Assembly (NCBI GenBank): GCA_001872995.1
Contig: MNXO01000053.1
Span: 1-41,425, forward strand
Source: Bacteroidetes bacterium CG2_30_32_10
GTDB lineage: Bacteria; Bacteroidota; Bacteroidia; Bacteroidales; CG2-30-32-10
Reading direction: 5' to 3'
Length of the DNA: 41,425 bases
Shown here: piece by piece, positions 9,565 to 19,257 of the stretch
Numbering within the stretch: position 1 is the stretch's first letter
Layout: the number at the start of each line of letters is the position of its first letter
Made by a program: the position numbers and the translations under genes
The notes under the pieces: generated by a model
Seen by the model: only the letters and a program-made list of their open reading frames with translations
What the model was told of the DNA's origin: nothing
Databases searched by the model: none

Positions 9565-11052
9565 TTACTTCGCTAATAATTGTTTCACAGCATATTTCCA
9601 TCCGTTATATAATTTTTCTTTTTTCAACTCATCCATATTGGGAAGAAATACTTTTTCAGTTATCTCAATTTCTTGTAAATCTCTGATATTCCAAAATTGT
9701 GTGCATAAACCAGCCAAATATGCAGCTCCAAGAGCAGTTGTTTCAATAACTTTTGGCTTTTCAACTTTCAAATTAAGAATATCTGCCTGAAATTGCATCA
9801 AAAAATCATTTGAAGTAACTCCTCCATCTACTTTCAATGAAGGAATTGTTAATGCAGCATCTTGCTCCATTATACTTAGTACGTCTCTTGTTTGATAAGC
9901 AATAGATTCTAATGCAGCTCTTATAATTTCTTTATCACCAACACCTCTTGTTAAACCAACTATTGCTCCTCTTGCATACATATCCCAATATGGAGTTCCT
10001 AATCCTGAAAATGCTGGCACAAAATAAACACCTGAAGTATCGGGAATACTTTCTGCTATTGATTGTGTTTCGGAAGAATTATTTATGATTTTCAAATTGT
10101 CTCTCAACCATTGTATAACAGCACCAGTTATAAAAATGCTTCCTTCTAAAGCATATTCCACTTTATCATTAATACACCAAGCAATAGTTGTCAATAAACC
10201 ATTTTCAGACTTCACTATTTTACTACCCGTATTCATTAACATGAAACATCCAGTTCCATATGTGTTTTTTGTCATACCCGACTCAAAGCATCTATGTCCA
10301 AATAAGGCTGCTTGTTGATCGCCTGCTACACCAGCTATTGGTATGTTTTCTCCATTAAATATTTCTAAATTAATATTGCCATAAACATAAGAAGACGCTT
10401 TTACTTCGGGCAACATACTAAATGGAATATCAAAATAATTGAGAATCTTTTTATCCCATTCCAGGGTTTTAATATTAAATAACATCGTTCGCGAAGCATT
10501 GGAAAAATCAGTGAAATGATTTCTTTCTTTGGTAAGGTTCCATATCAACCAGCTATCCATTGTTCCGCACAATAAATTTCCATTTATTGCTTGCTCTTTT
10601 GCACCTTCTACGTTATCTAATATCCATTTTACCTTACTTGCCGAAAAATAAGAATCAATAATTAAGCCAGTATTCACTTTTACATATTCTTCCCATCCTT
10701 CTACCTTCATTTGCTCACAAATGTCAGAAGTACGTGTGTCTTGCCATACAATAGCATTATAAATAGGTTGACCAGTAGTTTTATTCCATACAATGGTAGT
10801 TTCTCTTTGGTTTGTTATGCCAATTGCTTTAATAGTTAAAGGAGAAATTCCTGTTTTAATAAACAAATCTTTAATAGCTTCTATCACTTCTCCTAATATT
10901 TCAATAGGATTGTGTTCTACCCAACCCGTTTTCGGATATATTTGGGTAACTTCTTTTTGCGAAATAGCTATAATTTGAGAATGATGATTAAACAATACCA
11001 CTCGCGAACTGGTAGTACCTTGATCTATAGACAAAATATAACCTTCTTTCAT
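9565..11052 (-). CDS. glpK: Glycerol kinase
   Basis: 495-aa ORF matching the FGGY/GlpK family along its length ([50 protein letters not shown]). Confidence 0.95.
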   Translation of the reverse strand: MKEGYILSIDQGTTSSRVVLFNHHSQIIAISQKEVTQIYPKTGWVEHNPIEILGEVIEAIKDLFIKTGISPLTIKAIGITNQRETTIVWNKTTGQPIYNAIVWQDTRTSDICEQMKVEGWEEYVKVNTGLIIDSYFSASKVKWILDNVEGAKEQAINGNLLCGTMDSWLIWNLTKERNHFTDFSNASRTMLFNIKTLEWDKKILNYFDIPFSMLPEVKASSYVYGNINLEIFNGENIPIAGVAGDQQAALFGHRCFESGMTKNTYGTGCFMLMNTGSKIVKSENGLLTTIAWCINDKVEYALEGSIFITGAVIQWLRDNLKIINNSSETQSIAESIPDTSGVYFVPAFSGLGTPYWDMYARGAIVGLTRGVGDKEIIRAALESIAYQTRDVLSIMEQDAALTIPSLKVDGGVTSNDFLMQFQADILNLKVEKPKVIETTALGAAYLAGLCTQFWNIRDLQEIEITEKVFLPNMDELKKEKLYNGWKYAVKQLLAK

Positions 11053-11087
11053 CTTTTTATATTTCTATGTAGTGTTTAATTTGATTA

Positions 11088-12701
11088 TTATTTTAAAATA
11101 ATCACTTTCCCTTTGTAGATATTCTTTTCCCTTACTATCTGATAAAAATAAACACCAGACTTTATTTGCGAAATATCTATTGAAAAGTTATTTGAAATGA
11201 TTTCTGATCTATAAGTTTCAGTACCATATATATCAAATAGATTGAAAAATATTGGAACATTTTGATTGTCCTTTAGTTCAATATTTAAAATGTTATTGGC
11301 GGGGTTTGGATAAACCCTGCATTTGTCATCATTGTTATATTTTAAAATATCGGAGGATAGTGGCGAAATTTTAGCAATAAAAAAGTTTACATCACTTTGT
11401 CCTGAAGAAGTAATTGTCTTATTTCCAAAATAACATGTATCAGAAAACCAACCAACAACTATCCAATTACCCAATGTGTCAATAGTAATATCAGAAATTA
11501 CATCATCATATTTACCACCCGCATTCATTCCCCAATCGGGTTCACCCATTGAATTTATTTTCTGTATTAAAATATCACCAGCTCCTTTTGTGTAATAAGT
11601 CTGACCGTTCATAGTAATAGTAGAATCATAAGTAAGACCAACATAAGCATTTAAATTTATATCATTTTCAATGCACCTTCCTTTGTCTGAACCATTATTT
11701 CCAATATCTATAGCCCATAACCAATTGCCATTATTATCAAAATGTGCAATATAAGCATCGTCGGTATTGTTAAAACTAGTAATTGAATCGTTTCCAAAAA
11801 TAGCATTTTTAATAAATCTTCCTGTGACAAAACCATTTCCGTTTTTTTCAACAGAAATATCATTAACAGAGGCATCTTCGCCAGCTATCGCCCATTGTAT
11901 TGCGCCATTGGCATTATATTTTGCAACAAACATTCCTGCTTTATCCAAAATAAAACCATCAAAATTGCAGTTTGCTACTCCAGCTATTCCTGTAACATAA
12001 CAGTTACCATATTCATCACTACAAATTTTATATCCATATTCAATACCAGAGGTGCCTGCATGCTTTGCCCAAACAAGATTGCCATAAGTATCATACTTGG
12101 CAATTAAAATATCACTCGAACCATAATTATGCATAATGTAACCATTATGAAACATAACAGAATCTTGATACCATCCAGTAATATAAGCATTGCCCTCATT
12201 GGTAACTGAAATGCCATAACCAACTTCTCCCGCAGTTCCTTGTATTTGTCTTGCCCAATGATAGTTTCCTGCAGAATCAGTTTTAATTATCAATAAATCC
12301 CAACCACCCTTGGCAATAAGATTGGTATCGGCAATTTGTAAGGTGTCTGTAAAATAGCCTGTGATATAACAATTCTCCAAAGCATCAATACCAATGGCAA
12401 TAGCAACATCTTCATTCTTGCTGCCATAGGTTTTAACCCATCCAAGTTGTCCATTTCTATTAAATTTTGCAAGAAAAATATCTGATAAACCATTACTTGG
12501 GTATTGATGCTGGTTTACGATTAAAGTATCAGTATATTGTCCAGTAATATATATGTTCCCTGAATTTCCAACTTTCACATCCCAGACCCTTTCTAAGCCT
12601 TTTCCTCCAAAACCAACTGCCCAGTCCCATTTTTGTGCATTTGTTTTTTCTGAAATTATAGAAATAATAAAGATTAGTACAATAATATAAAATGTTTTCA
12701 T
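11088..12701 (-). CDS. SBBP-type beta-propeller repeat protein with T9SS C-terminal sorting domain
   Basis: Signal peptide, then repeated G..D.G.GI..D..GN.YVTG units (SBBP-like). The C-terminal ~80 aa has the T9SS CTD pattern (RVYPNPANNILNIEL ... SGVYFYQI ... GKVIILK). Confidence 0.8.
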   Translation of the reverse strand: MKTFYIIVLIFIISIISEKTNAQKWDWAVGFGGKGLERVWDVKVGNSGNIYITGQYTDTLIVNQHQYPSNGLSDIFLAKFNRNGQLGWVKTYGSKNEDVAIAIGIDALENCYITGYFTDTLQIADTNLIAKGGWDLLIIKTDSAGNYHWARQIQGTAGEVGYGISVTNEGNAYITGWYQDSVMFHNGYIMHNYGSSDILIAKYDTYGNLVWAKHAGTSGIEYGYKICSDEYGNCYVTGIAGVANCNFDGFILDKAGMFVAKYNANGAIQWAIAGEDASVNDISVEKNGNGFVTGRFIKNAIFGNDSITSFNNTDDAYIAHFDNNGNWLWAIDIGNNGSDKGRCIENDINLNAYVGLTYDSTITMNGQTYYTKGAGDILIQKINSMGEPDWGMNAGGKYDDVISDITIDTLGNWIVVGWFSDTCYFGNKTITSSGQSDVNFFIAKISPLSSDILKYNNDDKCRVYPNPANNILNIELKDNQNVPIFFNLFDIYGTETYRSEIISNNFSIDISQIKSGVYFYQIVREKNIYKGKVIILK

Positions 12702-12753
12702 AGAATTATTAGCTTCAGTTTGTTTTTAAAGGAAATAGATTGCAATACAAGCT

Positions 12754-12778
12754 AAAAAGCCCCATAAAGGGGCTTTTT
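12754..12778. terminator. Bidirectional Rho-independent terminator
   Basis: AAAAAGCCCC-ATAAA-GGGGCTTTTT: a GC-rich 5-bp core stem extended by A/T pairs, with U-tracts on both strands. It lies just downstream of the minus-strand dipeptidase stop at 12797. Confidence 0.75.
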
Positions 12779-12796
12779 ATATAATAATTAATTGAA

Positions 12797-14629
12797 TTAT
12801 TTTTTTTCTTCTATTACCTTTAATTTATCACCTGTTCCTTCTACAATAATTTTATACCATTCGTCACGATATGGAAGTTGTTTAACAGTAGGGTTAAGTT
12901 TTCCAGGAACATACGTTTTGATATTTCCATCCATATATTTGGTAAACAGATATTTATACAATTCTTTCCAAGCTTTAACGGTGTTATTCCCTTGATTAAC
13001 AGAATAATCGGTTATATACTGAATAGCAAGTTTAGAATCTTTTTTGTATAGTTCTGCAGCCACATTGTCAATAGTTTGGGTAGTAGCAATGTAACGCCCT
13101 TCTAAATCGCTTTGTAATTTTTGAATTTCAGGAATCATATCACTATAGCGAGTATAAGCAAAGTTTGACACTTGATTGAACACCCAGAAAGCAGCGTTGT
13201 CGCTATATTCCATCATAGAGCCATTGCCTTCGGCATAAGTTTCAGGCACTTTTGTAATACCGCAATACATAGGTGAATAAACAGTGCTATAGGAATCATC
13301 TACACCAAACCAATTGATGCCACCAATAGGATTTGGCAACCAAGAACGAGATTGAGCAACAAATGAAAATCCTGTTTGTTGAGTAGAAATAGCTCTTTCG
13401 TGAACATAACCTACCCCATTGTACGTCCAAGTCATTGGTCTCCAACGATAAGGACATTTATAAGGACCAGCACCGATATCTTGAGTCATATCCATTGGTG
13501 TTCCTTCAAAATGGTCTCTCATCATCCCAAATGCTTGTTGCAACGAAATTTTACTATCTGGTTTTATCCAAAAAGGCATACGGTTTTTAAGATTTTTACC
13601 CATTGCATAATTTAGATATTTGCCCATATCTTTATTCACTTTGTTAAACATAGACCACACTCTTGATTCACAGAAACGAGCAGCACCAAAATCAACGGGG
13701 GCATAAGTATCTGAAAAACTAAAATTTTTATCTTCGCCTTTATACAAACCTTTTTCTTTAGCAAAAGAAATAACATCAGGAGCATATAAGCAATTTTCGG
13801 GATCATTTAATGGGAATGTAGTAATACGTGCTTGATTTGCGTGCCCTGAAATATAACCATCTGGAATACGCATGGCAACCCAAACAGCACCTTTTGTGCC
13901 AGTTTCTGCACTGGTTGTGATTGTTTCTTCATATAAATCAAGGTTTTGTTTTCCTATTAAAGAATCAACTGCTTTATTGAAAGCAGCATTAGAAGGATAA
14001 GATTTATTAACAATACCGTTCAATTTTGTAATTAACTCTTTTGGAACGTTTGTTTTCTTTAAATTATCTATTGATTTTTTTGTAAGCTTAATGCTCCCAC
14101 CTTTACCAATCATTTCCATAATCCATACTTCGTTAGGGTCAGCAATTGAAAAAGATTCGCCCTCGCTGCAATAGCCATATTCTTTAACAAAATCTGCCAT
14201 AATTTTAATAGCTTCTCTAGCAGTTTTAGCTCTTTGCAAAGTTATATAAATTAAACCACCATAATCCATAGTTGCTCCGGGTTGATGCCATAACGATTCT
14301 AAACCACCATAAGTTGTTTCACCAATAGAAACCTGATATTCATTCATGTTTCCAACCACAGAAAAAGTATGAGTAACTTGTTTGATTTTTCCAAGAAATT
14401 CACCGGTATCCCATTCGTAAACATCCATCATACTGCCTGCTGGATAATCTGCGGCAGGTCTAAAATACAATTCGCCATAAAGCACGTGTGAATCTGCCGT
14501 ATAACTAATCATTGTTGAACCATCAATAGAAGCTCCTTTGGTAATTAACAAATTAGAACAAGCTTTTGAATTTTGCGAATATCCAAGTATTAGCAAGGAT
14601 ATACTTAACATCATTATTATTTTCTTCAT
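12797..14629 (-). CDS. Peptidase family C69 dipeptidase (secreted)
   Basis: The signal peptide ends right at the nucleophile Cys (SKAC-SNLLITKGASIDGSTMISYTADS), as expected for C69 Ntn-type dipeptidases. Conserved blocks run through the 610 aa. Confidence 0.85.
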   Translation of the reverse strand: MKKIIMMLSISLLILGYSQNSKACSNLLITKGASIDGSTMISYTADSHVLYGELYFRPAADYPAGSMMDVYEWDTGEFLGKIKQVTHTFSVVGNMNEYQVSIGETTYGGLESLWHQPGATMDYGGLIYITLQRAKTAREAIKIMADFVKEYGYCSEGESFSIADPNEVWIMEMIGKGGSIKLTKKSIDNLKKTNVPKELITKLNGIVNKSYPSNAAFNKAVDSLIGKQNLDLYEETITTSAETGTKGAVWVAMRIPDGYISGHANQARITTFPLNDPENCLYAPDVISFAKEKGLYKGEDKNFSFSDTYAPVDFGAARFCESRVWSMFNKVNKDMGKYLNYAMGKNLKNRMPFWIKPDSKISLQQAFGMMRDHFEGTPMDMTQDIGAGPYKCPYRWRPMTWTYNGVGYVHERAISTQQTGFSFVAQSRSWLPNPIGGINWFGVDDSYSTVYSPMYCGITKVPETYAEGNGSMMEYSDNAAFWVFNQVSNFAYTRYSDMIPEIQKLQSDLEGRYIATTQTIDNVAAELYKKDSKLAIQYITDYSVNQGNNTVKAWKELYKYLFTKYMDGNIKTYVPGKLNPTVKQLPYRDEWYKIIVEGTGDKLKVIEEKK

Positions 14630-14654
14630 ATATCTATAAATTTTAAAAATTTCA

Positions 14655-14662
14655 CAAACCTA
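14655..14662 (-). promoter_or_regulatory. Candidate -7 box (TAGGTTTG on the minus strand) for the C69 dipeptidase gene
   Basis: Plus-strand CAAACCTA is the reverse complement of TAnnTTTG, 26 nt upstream of the start at 14629. The same 8-mer recurs upstream of the PAS gene at 30497-30504. Confidence 0.35.
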
Positions 14663-14874
14663 CATATTTTTTCTTGAAAAATGTTTATTCCATTTAAAAA
14701 TATTGAATTGTTTTCAAGGTATTAGGATTATTTAATAATCGTTTTCAAAAACATATAGACCATTTAACGAATTAAACAGCTCAGTAGTATGCTATAATCT
14801 ATTTATTTTTCCTTCAATTTACTAATTTTGGCAAATAATTTAAAATAATTTCTATGCTTTATCTCAATTTTTTA

Positions 14875-14882
14875 TATTTTTG
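14875..14882 (+). promoter_or_regulatory. Candidate -7 box (TATTTTTG) for the nucleoid-associated protein gene
   Basis: TAnnTTTG match ~70 nt upstream of the GTG start at 14952. A second match (TAATTTTG) lies at 14823-14830. Confidence 0.3.
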
Positions 14883-14951
14883 AAATGGATAGGCAATTAG
14901 GAATAAAGCCTTTCCTTAATTTTAAATTCCTTTCATTTAAACCCAATTAAA

Positions 14952-15989
14952 GTGTCTGATTTTACAAGTATTAAAAATATTATAGTCCACAATATTGGCA
15001 ATAAACTTCGCGAAGAAGAGATTCAAATCTCAAAATCATTATTAAAGGTAGATAATCCTGTTAAAGAATTATTATTGAAATATTTTCTTTCACCATTCAC
15101 TTCCAATGAATATTATAATCTTCATCACGAAAGCGAAGTGCAGTTAAATGAAGTTTATACTTACATTACTCGCATATTTGAAAATCAAGAAGAATTATTA
15201 GTACAAAGTATAAACCTTGCAAAGCACTTATACGAAAAAAGCACTCATCCTAAAGTGAAAGCGGGAGAGTTTTACGTGGTTTACTTTAAAAGATGTATGA
15301 TAGAAAATCAAGAAGTAGATGCCATTGGTTTATTTAAGTCAGAAAATAAAGATACCTATTTAAAGGTTTATCCCAAAGGCGATAATTTCGAAATTAATTA
15401 CGAAGATGGCATTAATATTAACAAGTTAGACAAAGGATGCCTAATCTTCAATACAGAGAAAGACAAAGGATATTTGGTTTCTATTGTAGATTCTCTTAGT
15501 AGGGGTTCAGAAGCTCAGTATTGGAAAGATGATTTTCTTCATCTGAAACCACGTGAAGACAATTATCATCAAACTAAAAATGTGCTCAATCTTTGTAAAA
15601 GCTTTGTAGTAGATAAATTATCTGAGGATTTTGATGCCTCTAAAGCAGATCAGGCAATTATGCTCAATAAATCGGTTGATTATTTTAAAGTCAATGATTC
15701 TTTTAAGATAGATGACTTTGCTGCCGAAGTAATACAACAACCGGAAGTTATCAAGGCTTTTAAAGATTATCGCGGACAGTTTGAATTAGATAGAGATGTT
15801 AAACTGATGGATGACTTCGACATTTCGGCTACTGCTGTAAAGAAACAACAAAAAGTATTTAAGAGTGTTATTAAATTAGATAAAAACTTTCATATATATA
15901 TACACGGTAACCGCGAAATGATTGAAAAAGGAATGGACGATGCAAATGGAATGCACTATTATAAGTTTTTTTATAAAGAAGAAAGCTAA
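14952..15989 (+). CDS. Nucleoid-associated protein (NdpA/YejK-like family), GTG start
   Basis: 345-aa ORF whose N-terminus (IKNIIVHNIGNKLREEEI) resembles the conserved HxVGNK start of Bacteroidota NdpA-like proteins. The next in-frame Met is more than 110 codons downstream, so the GTG at 14952 is the only sensible start. Confidence 0.65.
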   Translation: MSDFTSIKNIIVHNIGNKLREEEIQISKSLLKVDNPVKELLLKYFLSPFTSNEYYNLHHESEVQLNEVYTYITRIFENQEELLVQSINLAKHLYEKSTHPKVKAGEFYVVYFKRCMIENQEVDAIGLFKSENKDTYLKVYPKGDNFEINYEDGININKLDKGCLIFNTEKDKGYLVSIVDSLSRGSEAQYWKDDFLHLKPREDNYHQTKNVLNLCKSFVVDKLSEDFDASKADQAIMLNKSVDYFKVNDSFKIDDFAAEVIQQPEVIKAFKDYRGQFELDRDVKLMDDFDISATAVKKQQKVFKSVIKLDKNFHIYIHGNREMIEKGMDDANGMHYYKFFYKEES

Positions 15990-16067
15990 AAACAATTAAC
16001 AATAAACAATAACAATAAATTGAATTTTAAATTTATCAACAAAATGAATTTTTCTCATCTTTTAACA

Positions 16068-16075
16068 TAAATTTG
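16068..16075 (+). promoter_or_regulatory. Candidate -7 box (TAAATTTG) for tdk
   Basis: TAnnTTTG match 68 nt upstream of the tdk ATG. Confidence 0.3.
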
Positions 16076-16143
16076 TGGTTTTTCAATAAAACAAATTTAA
16101 ACAATATTCAAAAATCATTTGCCAAAGCCAAATTCAGTAAAAC

Positions 16144-16734
16144 ATGTTTTTAGAAAATCCTATTAATCATAGTAAACCGAGAGGTTGGATAGAAGTTATT
16201 TGTGGTTCGATGTTTTCGGGCAAAACAGAAGAGCTTATTCGTCGGTTGAAAAGGGCAAAGATTGCCAAACAAAAAGTGGAGATATTTAAACCAGAAATAG
16301 ATAAGCGTTACGACGAACTAAATGTGGTTTCGCATGATGCCAATGCTATTTTATCTACACCAGTTCCAGCTTCTTCAAATATTTTGCTACTTGCAAATGA
16401 TGTTGATGTTGTAGGCATTGATGAAGCACAGTTTTTCGATTCAGAATTAACAAATGTTTGTAATCATTTGGCAAGCAGAGGTATTAGGGTAATAGTTGCA
16501 GGACTTGATATGGATTATCTCGGCAAACCATTTGGTCCAATGCCTGCATTGCTGGCAACTGCAGAATATATTACAAAAGTTCACGCAATATGTATGAGTT
16601 GTGGCAATTTAGCAAATCATTCACACAGAGTAGTGCACAACGACAAATTGGTTTTACTTGGTGAAAAAGATGCTTACGAGCCATTATGTAGAAGTTGCTT
16701 TGAAGAAAAAAAGAAAATAAATACTGAACAATAA
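16144..16734 (+). CDS. tdk: Thymidine kinase
   Basis: P-loop [20 protein letters not shown], and the C-terminal zinc-ribbon cysteines (C..C ... C..C). Confidence 0.95.
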   Translation: MFLENPINHSKPRGWIEVICGSMFSGKTEELIRRLKRAKIAKQKVEIFKPEIDKRYDELNVVSHDANAILSTPVPASSNILLLANDVDVVGIDEAQFFDSELTNVCNHLASRGIRVIVAGLDMDYLGKPFGPMPALLATAEYITKVHAICMSCGNLANHSHRVVHNDKLVLLGEKDAYEPLCRSCFEEKKKINTEQ

Positions 16735-16767
16735 ATTTTTATATATCTTTGGCTTTATTTATTGGTT

Positions 16768-17742
16768 ATGATGTCGTTGGATGAAATAAAAGCTCCTATC
16801 AGCAAGCAAATGGATGAATTTGAAATTAAATTCAAAGCATCCATTAAAAGTTCTGCTCCTTTGTTGGATAAGATAACCGCTTATATTCTTAAAAAAAAAG
16901 GCAAGCAAATAAGACCAATATTTGTTTTTCTATCAGCAGCTTTGTATGGAAATATTAAAGAATCTTCCTATCGTGCTGCTTCTTTAATAGAATTATTGCA
17001 TACTGCCACTTTAGTTCACGACGATGTGGTTGATGATTCTAATGAAAGAAGAGGTGTTTTTTCTGTAAACGCCCTTTGGAAAAATAAGATTTCAGTTCTA
17101 GTTGGAGATTACTTATTATCTAAAGGTCTTTTAATATCTTTAGATAACAATGATTTTGATTTGTTGCGAATAGTTTCAGAGGCAGTACGTGAAATGAGCG
17201 AAGGAGAACTTTTACAGATAAAAAAAGCTCGTAATTTGAATATAAAAGAAGATATTTATTTTGAGATAATACGAAAAAAAACCGCTTCCTTATTTGCTTC
17301 TTGTTGCGCTTGCGGTGCAGCTTCAGCTGGTGCTGATGTTGAAAACATCAAACGTATGCACGATTTTGGCGAAATGGTTGGAATTGCTTTTCAAATTAAA
17401 GACGATTTGTTTGATTACCTAAACAACAATAATGCCGGAAAACCTTTTGGTATTGATATTAAAGAACAAAAAATGACTTTGCCTTTGATTCATCTTTTAA
17501 ACAATCAATCCTATTTTGAAAAAAGGAAAATAATAAATATTGTTAAAAATCATAATACCGATATTCGCAAAGTTGCTCAAGTAATCGAGGCAGTTAATAA
17601 AAGCGGTGGAATTGAATATGCTACAAATAAAATGCAGGAATATCAAGCAAAAGCATTTGAACTAATAAAAGAGTTTCCTGATTCTATTTATAAAAAAGCA
17701 TTAGAAGAATTGGTAGCTTATGCTATTGAAAGAAAAAAATAA
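16768..17742 (+). CDS. Polyprenyl diphosphate synthase (long-chain, IspB-like)
   Basis: First and second Asp-rich motifs are present (LVHDDVVDD, FQIKDDLFD). The track starts at TTG 16762, but ATG 16768 (MMSLDEIK...) is the more likely start. Confidence 0.9.
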   Translation: MMSLDEIKAPISKQMDEFEIKFKASIKSSAPLLDKITAYILKKKGKQIRPIFVFLSAALYGNIKESSYRAASLIELLHTATLVHDDVVDDSNERRGVFSVNALWKNKISVLVGDYLLSKGLLISLDNNDFDLLRIVSEAVREMSEGELLQIKKARNLNIKEDIYFEIIRKKTASLFASCCACGAASAGADVENIKRMHDFGEMVGIAFQIKDDLFDYLNNNNAGKPFGIDIKEQKMTLPLIHLLNNQSYFEKRKIINIVKNHNTDIRKVAQVIEAVNKSGGIEYATNKMQEYQAKAFELIKEFPDSIYKKALEELVAYAIERKK

Positions 17743-17757
17743 TAATAATAATAAAAT

Positions 17758-19245
17758 ATGAAAAAAATAATTTTAATATCGTTGGTAGTTTTTGTTTATA
17801 AATGCTCCTATAGCCAAATAAAAGTTGAATATTGGAATTTGAAAACTAAGAAGAGTGAAGGTTATTATAAGAACGATAAAAAGGAAGGTAAGTTCACATA
17901 TTGGTATGATAGTGGAGCAAAATACGCTGAAGGTGAATACAAAAATGATGAAATGAAAGGTAAATGGACTTATTTCTATAAAGATGGAAAGAAATGGAAA
18001 GAAATTTATATTGATAGTTTGTTCACTAGTTTCTACAATAAAGGTGCAAAAGAAAAACTTGGCTACCTAAAAAACGGAAAAGAAAACGGTTTGTGGCAAC
18101 AATGGTACGAAAATGGGCAGTTGTTATCGAAAGGAGAATATAAAGATAGTCTTAAGATTGGACCATGGTCATATTGGTATAATAATGGCAATAAAAAACA
18201 GCAAATAAATTATGACAATGGACTAAGTACAGCTTGGTATCTCAATGAACAGAAGTCAGAAGAAGGAAATATTGTTAGTAGAGTCAAAGATGGCAAATGG
18301 AATACTTGGTATCAAAATGGAAAGCTAAAAGAAGAAGCACTATTTAAGAATGACAAACTCGAAGGAATGAATTATCAATGGCACGAGAATGGAATAAAAG
18401 CTTTTGAAGGTTTATATCAAAACAATTTATTGCAGGGATACAATTATTGGTGGAGAGACAATGGAAAACTCGAAATGGAAGGCAAATCAATAGATGGATT
18501 GCAAGATAGCACTTGGACATTTTATCATACAAATGGAAAAGTTTCAAGTAAGGGCAATTTTATCAAAGGAATGCAAGAAGGGATTTGGACTTACTGGTAC
18601 GAAACAGGTGAGAAATGGAAAGAAGGAAGTTTTAAAGAAAATAAAAAATCTGGTTTATGGACTACTTGGTACCAGAGCGGGAAAAAAGACCACGAAGGTC
18701 CTTTTGAAAATGGATTAGAACAAGGCAAATGGACCAGTTGGTTTGAAAATGGGAACATTAAAGATGAAGGCACTTTTGAAAAAGGAAAAATGAATGGATT
18801 ATGGAAAGGATATTATGAAGAAGGAAAAACAAAATATGCTACCTCCTATTCTAATGATATCAAAAATGGAATCTCTCAATATTGGTATCCCAACGGCAAT
18901 CAATGCTATGTGAGCAACTATAATAATGGAGATTTAAACGGCATCTGGTCTTCTTATTATGAAAATGGCAATATTAAAGAGGCAGGAAGCTATTTGGCAA
19001 ATAAAAAAAATGGAAATTGGTCTTTTTACGATGCTTATGCCGTTAAATATCAAGATGCTCAATTTAAAAATGGAGTATTAAACGGTTACTGGGCACAATA
19101 CAACACAAACCAAACAAAAGCTTGCGATGGGCTATATAAAAACGGTGGAAAAGATGGCAAATGGATAATAAGAGATAGTTATGGTAAGGTATTAAAAGTT
19201 ATTGACTATAAAAATGGCATCAAAGTAATAGAAGAAAAAAAATAA
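17758..19245 (+). CDS. Secreted MORN-repeat-variant (YwqK-like) repeat protein
   Basis: Signal peptide, then nearly the whole 495 aa is built of ~23-aa units of the form G.W..WY.NG.K..EG.Y.N..K. Confidence 0.8.
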   Translation: MKKIILISLVVFVYKCSYSQIKVEYWNLKTKKSEGYYKNDKKEGKFTYWYDSGAKYAEGEYKNDEMKGKWTYFYKDGKKWKEIYIDSLFTSFYNKGAKEKLGYLKNGKENGLWQQWYENGQLLSKGEYKDSLKIGPWSYWYNNGNKKQQINYDNGLSTAWYLNEQKSEEGNIVSRVKDGKWNTWYQNGKLKEEALFKNDKLEGMNYQWHENGIKAFEGLYQNNLLQGYNYWWRDNGKLEMEGKSIDGLQDSTWTFYHTNGKVSSKGNFIKGMQEGIWTYWYETGEKWKEGSFKENKKSGLWTTWYQSGKKDHEGPFENGLEQGKWTSWFENGNIKDEGTFEKGKMNGLWKGYYEEGKTKYATSYSNDIKNGISQYWYPNGNQCYVSNYNNGDLNGIWSSYYENGNIKEAGSYLANKKNGNWSFYDAYAVKYQDAQFKNGVLNGYWAQYNTNQTKACDGLYKNGGKDGKWIIRDSYGKVLKVIDYKNGIKVIEEKK

Positions 19246-19257
19246 AATAATAAAGAT

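Noticed and set aside
14630-14951. Possible replication origin. Gene orientation switches here from an all-minus block (1006-14629) to an almost all-plus block (14952 onward), across an AT-rich 322-bp divergent spacer next to a nucleoid-associated protein gene.
   Set aside because: By eye I find no good DnaA boxes. The best matches to TTATCCACA or its complement are 6 of 9, there is no cluster of boxes, and no dnaA or dnaN lies nearby. A divergent promoter region explains it. A cumulative GC-skew plot of the full contig would settle the question.
18344-18773. Three 60-74-aa ORFs in alternate frames within the MORN-repeat gene.
   Set aside because: They are by-products of the periodic repeat sequence. 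They sit inside a well-supported CDS and have no independent signals.
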